Shown here piece by piece: positions 46,000 through 60,645 of a stretch of DNA of 64,000 bases. Positions within the stretch are counted from its first letter, which is position 1; every line of letters begins with the position of its first letter. This DNA is from Psammoneis japonica. Taxonomy: Eukaryota. Under the pieces are notes generated by a model, which did not search any database, was not told where the DNA came from, and saw only the letters and a program-made list of their open reading frames with translations. The position numbers and the translations under genes were made by a program. The DNA lies in contig QPGO01000192.1 of assembly GCA_008632985.1 (NCBI GenBank), positions 62,001-126,000 of the forward strand, in the 5' to 3' direction.

Positions 46000-48900
46000 C
46001 TGCACACAGTGCCAATTGACTCATGGATTGGCTTGACCACTTGTTTCAATCAGCCTGCAAGAATGCCATGATGAGCCAGCCATCATCTTGAACCCAGATC
46101 CATTCTGCAAATCAAGCTGATTGTGCATGATGCCTGCACTGCTCTCGCCACTCTTGGTTTGTCTCATCAGAGTGCAAACAATGCAGTTCAGTGTTTTGTT
46201 TTTGTCAGGCTGAGAATGGCAGGCTGAGAATGCTTCCACAGCTGCAAACAACACTCTCTTAGATCACACTGGATCTGGACAATTTTCTGCAAGCCAGTTG
46301 ATCACCGTTTGGATCTCAGTCCACCTCGTTTTGTCTGATCTCAACATCAGAATGCAAGCACATCACAAACAATGCCTGATGCTGCGTGGGTTTGTTGCCC
46401 TGCAACATTCAGGCAACTAAAAAATTGGCATTTGTGCCGCATCTTCTCTCGCCCACCATTGTGGTCATCCTCAGACTTCGCAATTCATTCAACACATGCA
46501 CTCACATGGAGAACACATTCTGACCATTGCAAAGGTCTCACATGAAACAATTTTTTGTTGCATCATGCCCTGAACATGTGACATCTTTGAACATGCAGAG
46601 AAGGATTTTGTCTCCAAAACACCCTCAACGAAATGTCACACAAAATTTTTGGCACTCTTTCACACTGGTGTGATTGTGGTCTCCTTTGAATTTGCGACAG
46701 TTTTTGTTGGCCCAGACTTTTCAATGTGTTTGATGGTGTCATCCTGTCACAGTGAAACCTTTGAGTCTCTCAAGATCAAAAGGATTGTGCACCACTAAAA
46801 GCAACCATGGGAACTTTTGTCACACATGCTCAGCAAGCAAAAATGTGGCAAAATTCCCAGCTTCTAGGAGCTTTTTGGCCACAGCTCAGCCAGGTTGGCT
46901 CATTTCCACATGACATGTGACACAGGTCACAAAACCAAAAAAATGTTTTTAGCACTTTCTCTGTGGCCCCAGAAAGAGCTTGGGGAGTCTTTTGGTTGAC
47001 CAACTTGAGCAGAGCCAAACCATGCATGTTTCCACTTTTGGCGGTTCTGGCTGCTGCATTCTTCTGTCATCACAGCATGTGCAGAGTGATGTGTGCATTC
47101 CAACAGGCAAATGTTGGTCCATCAGTGGATCAAACACCAAGTCAGCACAGAAAACACTGCCACCACTGTTGTTGCTGTTGGAGCCACCCAATGCACCAAA
47201 AGCTCACATCAGAATGCTGCACATCATCAGCTTGTGGGGACCTGATGGGATGTCATGGTTGGCTGTCCATCAAACCAGAGAAAAGGGGATTTCCCTCACT
47301 TTGTCAGCATTGCATGCATGACAATGCCAAGCCAACTTGATCTCAGAGCCATGCTGGCATGGTGCCAGCCACTGTCATCTGTTTCAATGTCTTTGTTTGA
47401 AGGCTGCTGGGTGCACCATCGGTCTTCAAAGTCACAGTTGTCTTGGGCACAAAACAAGGGCAAAAAGGAGAGATGTGTGAGAATGCCTTCAGGTGGAAGG
47501 AACATTTCTTCAAAGAGACAATTGTCTCTTTGCAAGTGCAGGTGTTTTCAAATCCAGCATTCTCCAATTGGCTGTCAATGACAGCCATGTTGTGACTCTG
47601 TGCAAGGGATTCTGCTGCATCTGCAGGGGCACTGACAAGATGTCCAACCTTGCAAACATCATGTCAGCAGACAATCATCTCAACAAAGAAAAACAAGAGA
47701 AATCATTTGAACAATTGAAGAAATGCACGGTGCACACCCCCACAAAATGATCACATCCATTTTCTCATCATTTGGGAGATGCTTGGCATTGACAACACCA
47801 TCTTGAGAGCAAAATCCAGCAATGAACCATGCCAAGGCATCTTCCGCACAAGCACTCACATGCAGATCATCATCAAAACAGTGTGTGGCACTTCCAACGT
47901 TCTCCTCACACAAGCCCCAAAGAGGTGTCAAGGGCTCCACAGATGTCATCATCATGAGCTTCTTGTCAATTTCTGTCATTGCAATGGCTTCTCTTGCCAT
48001 GTTGTGTTTCAAGAAGAGGATGCCATGGCTGCAGCAACTGAAATGCTGTCTGCTCTGATCTGTGACAACAGATGACAGCTCCATCATGCAAGTCAACCAG
48101 AAACCTCCAATTTTTTGTTGTTCTCAACAGAGTTTCAAGCCAAACAGTGTGCCAATGTGATGACATGCATCTTGGCTGTCTTTGTCATTGTTGTTGGCTG
48201 CATGGCTTTTGCAGTCCAACACTTTGACGGCAAGATTGCAAGTGTGATGGGCGTGGATGGACTCAAGGCAGGATCCTTTGCTTGAACAAACCATGAATGA
48301 TTCACTCTTTCACTCTCAAGTTCTGCACTTCAATGTTGCCCTCACACAAACATTGGCTCCATCATGCTTTTGCTTTGTTGCTTTGTTTTAACTGACAAAC
48401 AAAAAATGGAACAGCCGCCATGCTCAGAGGAAAAAGAATTTGCCATCTCTTGTTCAATCAAGTTCAGCAGATGTTTTCATTGTCCTGTCATCTCCATGGA
48501 AGAATGCAAAGCTGGAGAAGAGGCAATCGTGCTGTGTTGTTGCATCAGATTGATTTGTGTTTAAAAAAAATGAACCACAGCAACACGCGGGTGTGGGGGT
48601 TGCCCCAGTGAGAAGCAGATCACCAAGCAAAAGAAACTTGGACTGCTCCTCTCATGTTTGCTTGCAAACAACTGATTTTGGTGTTGTTCAATGCATGACA
48701 TGTGTTGGGTGTTGTGCTGTTAGACTGCATGCTGGCAACACAAGCCTTGAATCCTGGCCAGCTTCCAAAGGCACAAACAGACATTTGATCCATTTGACCC
48801 TTCTTTGCCAATTCTTTGCATTTCTTCAACACTTCTTCAGAAGGAGACCAATTCAATGAAGATGACACAGGATCTCCTTGTGTCTCACACAAAAGCCAGG

Positions 48901-51900
48901 CCCATTGGTCTTCTGAAACAAAGCCATCTTTGCAGCACTTGTCAGTGTCACCGGCGGTTGCAATGATGACTTGCAGGCTCACCATTCCAAGCATTCTACC
49001 ATCCTCTTGAAGCCACTGCTTTTCAAGTCTCTTGCAGAGAAGATTTACAAAGTGGAGCACTTCCTTGGAGAGACAAGTGGACACTTGAGATGCCCCAACT
49101 TTCAAGTCAAGAATGAGCCCGGCGGTCAGCCCCAAGAGCAACTCTGCCAAAACCACAAACTCTGGTTGGGAAACAAACAATGCACTCAGATCCAAAGGAA
49201 AGAGTTCACATTGTTTGCCTGCACTTGGGATGACCAACAGTCTGTTCTGGGATTTGAGCTCCCTCATCACTTTTTTGGCTGGCTGGCTGCCCAGACCATT
49301 CTCTGGTGTTGACCCAGTCTTTGTCAATTCTGCCATTCTTTTTTTTCTGTGCCAACTTTTTCTCTTTCTTGAGTTGACTTTTGCTCTTGCCCTTGTTCTC
49401 CACTGGTGCTGTCTCAGATTGGGACACATGGTGCTTGCAATGACATCAGATTGGTTTGTTTGTGGGGTTCCAAAATGACCACCAAAACATGCCAGAAATG
49501 CTTCGACCACCTTTGCTGTGTTGCCTCTGAACCAAGCTCCCAGTTGTTTCACATTTGGGGAAAGGAACAGAGTTCATGCCACATCAAGCAGAGCTTCAAA
49601 TCCCTTTCCATTGAGAACCAAGACTTCCAAAATGTTAAGTTCAAAAGCAAGAAGTTCTCCCAGTTCTTCCAGCAGAGAACAAGAGGCAGAATCACCAGAG
49701 CTCTCCTTTTGCAAATGACACAGTGGCATTTCAAAAGAGGCAGTCTGCCAGGGCACATTCCTTTTTCATGCACCAAATTTCCTGGCTGCAACAGGACCCA
49801 CAGTGCTTTGACTTCAGCCTCCACTTGCATGTCACCAAACTGAACAAAGTCCAAAACCTTGGGCCACCTGGCAAAATGGACAGAGAAGCTTGCACCACCA
49901 CACCACGGTTTGCCATTTTCTGATTGTTTTGTCACTGTCAAACAAAGAAAGGTGCCAGAGGTGCCACAAGTTGACAAAGGACAAGCAGAGCTTCTCTCAC
50001 ATGGCCCACAAGCACGCGGTTTGAACCATGCAATCATCATTGGTTTTGCTCTTTGCATCTGGTCCACAATGGAAATGGACTCAGCTTGACCAAAGGCATG
50101 TTTCGCTGAGATCTTTGTTGACGAAATCCTCAAAACAAGTGACAGTCACGTGAAACTTGTCATCCTTGAAATGAACGTTGCACTCTTCAACCAAGCCTGC
50201 AAGGCAACTGAGCACCCATCAATCCAAGACACCAAGACCATGGTCCTTTTTGTCGATGCATCGCCTTCCTCAGAGAAGTTGTCTCCCTCTTGCAACTCAT
50301 CCCAGCAAGTCTCCCACCATTTTGCCACATTGTGCAACACACAAAAGAACTTTTGATTGGCCTTGCAAACTGCCATTTCATTGAATTTGCATTGTGACCA
50401 TGGGTGCACATCCCAAGCAGACACCATCTCAATGCATTGGCACCTTCATGGTTGAAATGCATCCGCGGGTCCACCAAATTGCCCATCCTTGATGAGAAGC
50501 AGCCCAACAATGAGGCAGTGTTTGCAGGCAGCCCACTCAAAAAGTGCACTCAGACTGCAAGCAGTGTGTGTGGAACCACCCTCAATGCCATTGATCTTGC
50601 CCCTCTGACACAAAATTGGCTGTTCATGTGCACTGCCATCACAGGCCAGCAGGGTTTCAGAGCTGTTTGGTTCCAACGAACCTTCATCAAAGGCAAATGG
50701 GTGATGCCATTGTGCAAAGGACACACAGTCTGAGTCAAGCCAACATCCACAAGCTCCCTTTGCATGGTCCCATCTTCTTTTCTGCACTCTGAACAATGTG
50801 GCTGGAGGGCATCAAGTCAGTCAGTGTGAAGGTCATTTGGTTCAAGTCGATGTCATCTGGTTGAGCCAAAAAAGACTGCAACTCAGAATGGCTGCCAACA
50901 CAATGGAGCTGCCCACAGCAGCTGTTGTCTCCACTTTGCTTTCCCATGTGGGGAGAGGACATCCCCAAGAAAGCTTGCAGCTGAGGCACCACTCTTTGCA
51001 TCCTCTGGCCAATTGGCAAATCTACCTTGTCTGACAGTCTTGGGTGAAAACTGGACTTGGGTTGCATTTAGATGCAGCACTCTTGATTGCACTTGATGCT
51101 CATCCATCAAGAGAAACCAAGCTTGCATGGCACAGCACAGACCAATCAATGGTTTTTGTTTCTCCAACAGTGGGGCACTCATGCTTGAATGTGTGTGCAC
51201 AACACAGCAGCCCTCATTCCTGGAGAAGCTCCAGGACCATCTCTTGGGTCTCAGGGCTTGTCACAAGCAGGCCGCAAAGATGCTTTGGGGAAAAGGCTTG
51301 ACGATCCTTGCCATCTCTTGCAGCAGCACAATCATCATCATCATCGGACGCTCCGAGGCAGTGCCATCTGACCCAACAACATGTTTGCTTCCCAGCGATC
51401 TGATCCAAACCAAGATCAACACACAACTTGTGGTCATCTGCACTGGACATGGGCGCAACATGCACAGCTCCTGCTCAGGTCTTGTTGATGACAAAATTGC
51501 CATGAACCACTTGCTGCAAATGTTGTCCTGTTGCTGGGACAGGGCACCATCATGGTTTCCAAGTGGTGCCTGCATCGTCATCCAGCAGGTCATCTCCTTT
51601 CACTTTCACACCCACCTCCAACTGGAGACTTCTGTCTTTTGTGGCAGACAAGACTCCAGCTCACAAAGCCTTTTTTGCCACCACCAGAGTCTCACCAGGT
51701 GCAAAATGGGCAGCACGGACATGGAATGGTTTGTTCTCACCCATGTCTGGATGCTGGTTTTCGTGGCGGGGCTGTCCATGTCCATTGACAGCCTTGACAA
51801 ATGCACAGGTTGCCGATTTGGCAACTGCTGCAAGCAAATTAGCCAGGAGCATCCACAGAGTGCTGGTCCACACCAAAAGGAGGCTTGTTGCACTTTCCTC

Positions 51901-52479
51901 TTCTCTGTCTTCTTTTCATGGAACAAGTGGAAATTTGGCAAAACAAGCCAGGTCAGTGACCTCTCTGCATCCTTCAGCCACATCACGGTTGGGACACGTG
52001 CAACCCGCAACCAGACCCACATGCACTTCTAAAAAAATGCAGGGTCCAGCAGGTGGGCATGCATGATTGAGCTTGTCCATTCACGTGATGATGTCAGCAC
52101 AGTGTGCTGGGCAATGCCAATGAAAACGGCTTGGGCACAAAGTCAGGAAACACATCCCATCAACACTCTTCTGCTGCAAACCCTTCCAAGGTGTTCACAC
52201 CTGGCACCTTTCATTGACATGAATGATTTGCAGTTTTGAAGTGCAGAAAGTGGTCTTTCACAAAACTTTGAGCAGCAACGGGTTTCTGACACTGTCATCA
52301 CTGCCGCCACTTGACTCGCTGAAGTGGCTTCAGGGATCCACCACCAATCACATGAGTGAGCTGCAAATTGGCTTGTTGATCCTGCCCAATTGTCCCAGAT
52401 GTCAATTGCATGCCCTTCCACTGGCCAATGAAATCTTTGAGGAAGCAGCCTTGGTGCTTCCCATGGCACTGGCAACAGC

Positions 52480-52513
<34 letters not shown>

Positions 52514-54320
52514 TTGACATCTTTGTCACGTTGATGGCATTTGAAAACTTTGAACACAACATGGCAGACTCTGCAAAGAAGCTTGCATGTGATGGAAAGC
52601 TTGCTGGGGTGTCCAAACAACATTGCTGAGAAGTGACCCCAGCCATTCCTGCCATGCCTGCAGTGCAAAAAATTGTTGTCAAAAAGTTGGGCATGCCTGA
52701 CAGTCTCCTCATGTGCGTGGCACTCAAGGCAACCAAGGACAATGCTCTTCAACAAATGCAAATGATGGTCCCTTCTGAAACACTGGAAGCAGCACTCAAT
52801 CAGGTGTGGGTCACAAGGCATCACCAGACAGCAAGTTGGCTCACATCTTTCATGCCATCAAGGCACCTGCTGGACCCCCCAGGTGGTTTGCCAGCACCAG
52901 AGATGACAGTCAGATTCCAGGTTGCAAGATTGGCCACATGAGCAAACACAAGAGCTTCTTTTCTGAATCGATCAACTCAAAAGGGGTCACAGCATTGTCT
53001 GGCAGAGTGATGCTGGAGTGCAGCACCCAGTGCCCAGCCAATGCCAACCTTGTTTGGCATTGCCAACTGTCAATGGTGGTTGATCCTCATCCAGTCTGAG
53101 TCCAGAAGTCAAAAAGGAATGGGCACAGAGTGCAGAAAAGCACCAGTCTGTGTTGCAGCATTCTTTGGGTTGTGTGTCCTTGGGACAGTCTTGTGCAATC
53201 AAATCCCATTGTTCTGCACACATGTCCTTCCATGCATTGGCAATCTTCAATGTGAAATTCCCACTCCACTTGTGGTGAAGGAAAAGTTTTCAAAGGCCCA
53301 CAACTTTTGGGCTTTGACCAATGCTGGACCAGCTGCTCCATTCCAGAAACACTTGTTGGCCAACTTTTGGCATTCTGCAACCATTTCCGCATGGGGAGCA
53401 GTTGCCAAAGAAAGACAGCCATTTGCACAATTCCATGACTGGCATCAAAGTCACCCACTCCATTTGCCATCCCAATGTCATCCTTTTCTGTGTGTCCATT
53501 GGGTGGGCAGGGGTGTTGACAGGCATCAGCATTGCCATTCTGGCCAACTGCACACCAAGGCCAAAAAAGGAACACACATGCATGGACCCCACTTTGCCCC
53601 ATGAACAAGAGGAAAAGGGGGCAAGACATGGGAATGGGGAATGCCCAACTTGCTTGAGAGAGAAAAACTGACTTGGACCAAGGCTCCTCCCATTTCCAAG
53701 ATGCTCCAAATGGGTGGCTTTCAAACACTTCCTTGAAGGTTGGGTCTGTTGACACTGGGATTCATTTGTTGTTCACAGAGGCAGTTGAGGGCCAACCAGC
53801 CGGACACTCCCTCTTTTTCTCCCAAAACAATCTGAGCATTGTCTTGGGATCAAGGCCAGATCCTTGGAGCATTGGCACGATGCTGTCCACAATGGACATG
53901 ACAGCATTGCCCTGTTTTTGTTGCAACAATCACATGCCCGCCATGGTCTGCAACACAATGGCTGGGCACATTTTTGATTTCTGCAGCTGGAGAGTGTTCC
54001 TCACTTGCCAAATGCCAGAAGCAGCTCAAGGGAGGCCCCCACCTCACTTGGTTTGTTGGCACTGGATGACAAGCCAGATTTGGCCTTCAAAGTTTCATGA
54101 ATGGTTTTGACCAGTTTCATTTTGCCACACATGGCGTGCCTGCTGCACATGTGCGCACACACAATCTCAAAGAACCCACACATCAATGACATGGAGGGCA
54201 TTGTGTTTGTTGTCGTTGACTCTTTTGGTTTTGCTGTCACTTCTGTTGATGTGCTCTTCAGTGCAGCAGGGGATGTCTGGAGCTCCAAGCAACTGCCCAG
54301 AGAATTAGAGACAAGGTGAA
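46000..54320 (-). pseudogene. Cluster of hypermutated, unidentified coding remnants (large TE or endogenous viral element?)
   Basis: Minus-strand frames read as protein-like once TGA->CGA and Cys/His->Tyr are reverted; 47745-48000 is homologous to 57685-57950. Confidence 0.4.
52479..52511 (+). repeat. (CAA)n microsatellite
   Basis: About 11 perfect CAA units. Confidence 0.95.
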
Positions 54321-55624
54321 CGAAGCTGTCCTGGGAACTCCAGGCAAAAATGAGACCCAGCAGCTCCATGAGACAGCACAAGAGGTGGTGTGCAGGTGCC
54401 AGCCTGTTCATGTCAGAGATGATTCCCAGTGCTCCCACAAGTTGAGAGTTCACAACAGTTGAGTTGGGAGGTGGAGCAGAGTGCACACAAGACAGTTGCT
54501 CAAGAACAAAGGAGTGTGATTGTCTGCTGTGAAGGCCTGATCCACAAGCCATGTGAAATGTGAGAGGATCAGCTCCAGGTTGTTCATGGAGATGCCAAGC
54601 TCTTGGGATCTGCACAGAGCTGAGAAAATCTGGAAGGGTGACAAGCAGGGCAAATGTGGGGACTGGTGCATGAGTCCAACATCCCTTGCACTGAGAGCAA
54701 AAAGGATCCAAATGAAAGGACAGTGTGCTGAAGGATGCATCCGCAGAGCTGGAGCTGCTCTTTTGCATGATGATCCTCCAGACAAGTGAGTGGCTGTGTC
54801 AGTGACTGATGCACCAAAGATGGTGTCCCTGAAGGCTTGGTTGATGCATTGTTCTGGAAACAGCTTGTGGGCATCCAAGACAACTGCAGCTGCCACACCT
54901 GTGGAGTGGCCTTGGAATGAGCAGTTCCAGAAGGCAAGCAAGCAAGCCAGTGCACTGTGGCTTTTGCTGCCTGGTGTCACAGGCCGCTGCCCCAAGAAGG
55001 GGGAAGGCCAGTCCTTGGGTGACAATGCAGAGGGGCAAGCATGACAATGGACTGGTCAGCGGGCTGTTGTGCCAGTGCTGCAGCCTGTGGCTTGGCAGGC
55101 ATGGGAGCTGCAGCATGAGGTGCTGGCTGTGAGAGGCCCACAACTGAAGCATCTGTGAAAACAGCAATTGGTTGGCAGCCTGCAAGAGACTGTGTGTCAC
55201 TGTGGTCAATGCATTGCCCTTCATGGCAAGCGCCATTGGCCAAGCATCATTGCGGTGTGCCAAGGGACCAATTCGCCAGCAAGGGAACAGGAGGTGGCTG
55301 GACAAAGCATGTTTTTGGTGGAGGCTGAATGTTGCGAGGCAGCGGTTGATGCACTGGCTGCTGGCAAGCAAACCGATCAGGTGGGGACAGGTGCCAGGCA
55401 GTTGCAGATGCAGCACTCAACAGGCCTTTGGCCCAAGTGGCACGTCAATGGACAGATGCCATTGAAGGCCTTGGATTTGCAACCCAGGCAAGTGGAGTGG
55501 CAATCATTGATGCTCGACTTGTTCCAGACTTGGGTGCACTCACGCGCGAAAAAATGACCCTTTTTGCATGAAACGCGCGGTCCACACTTGCGGTGCCATT
55601 TTTGATGCCGGTGGTAAAAACATG

Positions 55625-55865
55625 ACATGCGACGGACTCTTTGGCAAAGAAGCCAAGGCAATGCTCCGCAAGACAGCCTCAAGACTGTCAGACAAATGGC
55701 AAAAGCCATGCTCTGAAGCATGTGGCTACGTCAACGCGAGAATGAGTGTCACCACAGTCCGGGCGACTCACCGTTGCCTCCGGGGATCCCGCATTCCCGC
55801 CTCTCACATCAGCTCCAGATGACCCCAGTGGGAAGACGGCGCTGGCCTGTCCCCACACAGACACC
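55625..55865 (+). mobile_element. 3' end of a CRE-like non-LTR retrotransposon (restriction-like endonuclease C-terminus)
   Basis: 'DGLFGKEAKAMLRKTASRLSDKWQKPCSEACGYVNARMSVTTVRATHRCLRGSRIP..ISSR*PQWEDGAGL' matches the typical C-terminus of CRE-clade elements. Confidence 0.8.
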
Positions 55866-57684
55866 AAATGACCCCGCCCAACCGACTCGCACCCTTCCAG
55901 ACAACATGCCAACCGACCATCCACCTGCAACATCGACATCGTGCCTGGAAGTTAACAAAAACCCACCACCACCCCGAAAACGGCGCCACAACTATTTCAA
56001 ATTTCGCGCGCACAGCCCACAATCTTGCGCGCGACAACTGCCCCCTTGTTCGTACGACTGCATTAACTACACAATGCCCATTTTTCTCTAACAATTTACA
56101 AATGTGTTGTTATGGGTACATGCAGAATTGTCTTGTGCGTGTACCCATGTATTCGAAACTGTTGATGGACTCAGTTATTAGTCGCTAAATTGTACCGTAA
56201 GTTGAGAGGTCGAATTTTCCGATGAGGGGATTTATGTGTGCCTAAATGTAACAAGAAACATATAAAATATTATTAAGATGTATAAATTAAGTCTTTAACA
56301 TGGCATAATTAACATTTTGTTTATATACGCGAATGCGAGTTACACTCAACGGATCGAATAAAGCATTCGTTGATTAATAAGTTTAGGACGACGTGAGAAG
56401 AAGTGTAGCTCAGCCCACGCAATGGCGTCGACTTCGGACCATTTTTCACGGTTTAAAAGGCATGAACGATTGATGCACTTGAATCAGTCGAACACATTGA
56501 GGAAATGTACATGGCAATAGAAAAGAAATGGTCCTTAGAGGCAAATTGTGAGTGAATGGAGGCTCAATTGTTGTTGCTGACAGATTTGGCATCATTGTGC
56601 CGTGCTGCAGCCTTCAACAAGCATTTTCACTGTTTGTGTTGATGACACAGACTATGTCAAATATGGAGATCCTGGTCATGACATTCAATTTTCCACAAGG
56701 CTGAAAAAAGTGGGCCGTCATGGTCACTGAAAGCCATGGCCGGTTTGGCTGTTTGTTTGTTTTCGAGTTCACTCTGTTTTGCTTGGCCACCTGAGTCTGG
56801 AACAAGTCGCTCTTGCTGAGGATCCAATCAAAATGCAGTTGAAAGGCCAGATTGTGGTTCAACGCTGCTGGGTCCAATGAAGTTGGGATGAAAGAGGCAG
56901 AGCCTGGAGGATCTGAGCAACTGAGTGACATTGCAGATTGCAGCTGTGGAGCAAGATTGATGATGAAGTCCAAGGGATCGGTGGCTGCCACAGCAAACCT
57001 TTTGCACAGCAAGTGCTGGTGAGAGGTCCACACTTCACATGAGTTGATGGCATTGGCACTCATTTCAGAAAGGGTTGCTGTGAACCAATCAATGGCCACA
57101 TCAGGTGATCTGTCCCACAGGGAGATCAAAGCAGGGTGGGAGTTGAAACACATGTGGGGCCACACACCACACCTTTGCCACTTGCTGGTTTTGGGACAAG
57201 GGTGCTGGGTTGGGAAGAGCAGTGGCAATGCACCCATTGGCAAGGCAACAATGTGAACCAAGCAAGTGGAAGAGGTGATGGAAGGGACTGCAAGCCAGGA
57301 CATCACATGCAGCCTGTCAAAGGACCAAGCTGCTGATCAGGCCTGACAACAGTTGGCAGGTTTGGGGGCCACAAAGGCTTCCAAGAATCATGCACAAAAC
57401 TCATCGCTGCAGGAAAAAAGGGGTTGTGTGGCATGGGCATGTGGCCAGAGCCCAATGTGGGAGCCACTGGTCAGACCCACAGCTGTCTCAATGACTGGGT
57501 TGGAGCAGGTGCATGGGTCACCTTGTTTTTGAGGTGGCTGGTGAACACAAGCCAACACAAGGGACCCATTGGAGACTTGAGTGAATCTCCAGCAGGTTGC
57601 TGAGATGTTCAGTTGTGCGACCATTGTGTCAGGTGATGAGAGAAATCATTCAAAATTCAAAAAAACTCACATTGCACCCACAAG

Positions 57685-57950
57685 AATGATGACATCCATT
57701 TTCTCATCATTTGGAAGATGCTTGACATTCACAATGCCATCTTGAGAGCACAATCTGTCAATGAACTGCAGCAAACATGTTCTGCACAAATGCTCATGTG
57801 CAGATCATCAAAACAGCACATGCAGTGCTTCCAATGATTGCCTCCTCAAATGATGAGCTCCAAGTGGGCAAGAAGCACTTTTGAGGTGCCATCATCATGA
57901 GCTTGTCAATTTCTGCCATGATGGCTTCTTTGATTGTGTTGCATTTTAAG
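57685..57950. repeat. Diverged copy of 47745-48000
   Basis: Shared ACATCCATTTTCTCATCATTTGG.AGATGCTTG.CATT..CAA..CCATCTTGAGAGCA and CATCATGAGCTT..TGTCAATTTCTG. Confidence 0.75.
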
Positions 57951-60399
57951 ACCTCTTGGAGCACAGCTCCCTTGCCCCCACTGATGATGGCAACATGCTT
58001 TCTGGCCATTCATGAGCAGCACAAACATTGCAGGATGAACTGCCAATGCCTTGTGACAGTCAGCATCACCAGAGCAGGATGACCGCAACACACCATTTAA
58101 GAAACATGCTCCCTGGGTTGCACTTTCATGCAGTTGGGGGACTTTGGCAACACTCATGAATGTGAATCCTGCTGCACACAAATCTCTGGATTGAGGTGGC
58201 CTGAGGCAAGTGGGGTGCTGTTCAAGAAAACAAGACTGCTGCACAGCAGGTCAGACAAATTTGTTCTTCTGGGTTGCAGCACACAAGGAACAATGAAAGG
58301 CGGCACTCATGAGTTCCTTGGCCTCAGCTTTTAACCCAAAAACCTGTTTGTTGAGACATCAGATGGTTTTTCCCCGGGGCAAAAATTGCAGCATTCCCCA
58401 CACCAAATCACATGTGGGCACTCATTGGCATCCTTTGGTCCAAAGAGCTCTTCAATGACACTCAAAAGTTCAATCAGCTCACCTCACAGCACACAACCAG
58501 GCCAGCACACTCCAGCAAGACAGAGCTGAGAAGAGCATGAGAAACTCTCTCACCAGGTCACTGGCCTCATCTGTTAGATGCAGCAGTCATGACATGAGAC
58601 ATGAGGGGGTCAATCAGAACAAACACACAAGTGTTCAAAAATGGAAAGGTGCTGGAAGCAGCACACAGTTGTGAGGTCAAAAGAAGAGAGCACTGTCAGC
58701 CAACAAATTTTGGAACAAGGCAAGAAGCCCTGCTTTTTGACAAGCTTTGTGTTGCCAGCAGCACCAGGACCAGCAAATTCAAAACTGCTGCTCTCCAAGC
58801 AACATTGGCAAACCTGAGCTGACCAAATTGGACACATGTGAAATTGCAGAAACCATCAAATCACAGCTCAAAAACAACAAGAAACAAGAAATGTGTTTCT
58901 TTTGTTGTTGGTGGTGGTGCTCTTGCATTTTTGGAACCTGCTGAGTTTGCAATCCCCACCCAAACAGTTTGACTGGCCAGAAAACAATTGACATTGCAGC
59001 TCATCTCACTGCAAGCAAATTTTAATGGGGTTGACATCTGGAGAGCCTGCAGCCTGCAGAGCAGTGCACTGCTGCACCAGCATGTTTGCTTGGACAGCAA
59101 AGCTTGAGTGGCAGTCAAAGAAACATTTGTGTCCCAGAAAGAGTTTGTTGAGGCCAGCGCACAATTAACATGTGGGGAGGGTGGCACAAAAGCTGTGTTG
59201 CTGCAGTGAGCTGGGGCAGGGCAGAGCACCCCACAACAGCCAAAGCTGGGTGGACAATTGTGACACCACATCACACAAGCCATCACATCAGCAGAAAGAA
59301 GTTGCAGCATGCCCATCAGGTTGTCTGGGGAGGTGGCGCTGACTGGGCATTCTCTTGCCCACAGCTTTTGTGCTGCATGAAAGAAGGATGGCTCTTGTTG
59401 AGGAGCCATTCTCCATGTTGTGGCAGGAAGATTCTTTCAAGAAAAGCAAGTGTGCAGTTGTTGAAAACTTTCCCAAGTGACGCCAACATTGACTTCCCTC
59501 CCTGTTGGTTTCCAGCATTGTGAGTGCTTTGTAAAATTTCAGCAACTCCACCTCTGTGGTGAGGGCAAAGGTGCCCAACATGTGACCCCAACTCAGTGTG
59601 CCCTGAGAGGAAGGTGGCTCTCTTTGTGCTCAAGAAGGGAAAGTTCTTTCATTCAAGACATTGACTTGCCAAGTGTGCAATCCCCACAAAGCTCCCAAAC
59701 AATGCTGATGACAGCTCAAAGCACTTTGCAAAAAATTGACCACCCCAGCACCTCAGTGCTGTCACACGTGTTTTGCGCACTCCAGTTTTGACTTGAAAGT
59801 CAGCTGCTGCCAGCCAGAAACCCAGCAAGATTTTTTGATCTCCTCACTTTCTCACTGCTGTCTCTCACACATGTGTGGGCACTCCTGTGTCAACCTGAAA
59901 GTTGGCTGCTGCAGCAAACCCGGCAATGTGTGGCAGATGGCGAGCCTTCCAAAGCTGCCAAAGAGTGTGCAGAGAGCACACAGCTTGTGTGCACATGTGG
60001 TGTGATGCCTGTGGAACATTTCTCCTGCAACAGACTTCCAACAAATGGATTTTTTTCTGTCTCCAAGGGAGTCATGGTCAACATCAGCGGTGGTGCACCC
60101 CTCTGCAAAAACGAGTCCAGCAAAAAAGGGAGGTGCGCAGAGACCATTTTGTTGTCTCCGAGACAACACATTGGCCAAGTGCAAACTGAAAGCAGCAGCA
60201 TTGCATTTTAGCAAACCAACTGCAAACTGGGGTGTGGGTGTTGTGACAGAGCTTGACAAGAAAAGGCTGCACCAACAGTGCCAGCAATCTCTCCCATCAC
60301 TCTTTTGAAGAGCAGCCACCCCCCTGAGGTGGCCAGCGGGCATTGTTGTTTTGTTCTCAGGGCTGCTGGAGGCTTTCATGTTCAAATGGTCCATCATTT

Positions 60400-60645
60400 C
60401 TGCACGTTGAAGGAGATTCGATGTTTTCTTGACAGGCAAACAATGAGCAGTGATGAGTGTGATGGAGCAGAAGAATTCGCCGAAAACCAACTCTTTGTCA
60501 CCAATGGTGCATCCCACGGAATTGAGCTGATTTGTTCAACCTTCACCTCTCCCGGAGACGTGGTGTTTGTAGAACGTCCCACCTGCTTTCTTGCAGCCGA
60601 CATCTTTCGAAGCCACGGGCTCAGAGTGAGTGGCCTGCCAATGAT
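60400..60645 (+). pseudogene. Fragment of a class I/II PLP-dependent aminotransferase
   Basis: 'LFVTNGASHGIELIC...PGDVVFVERPTCFLAADIF..HGL'; conserved PTY(F) reads PTC(F); both ends missing. Confidence 0.85.
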
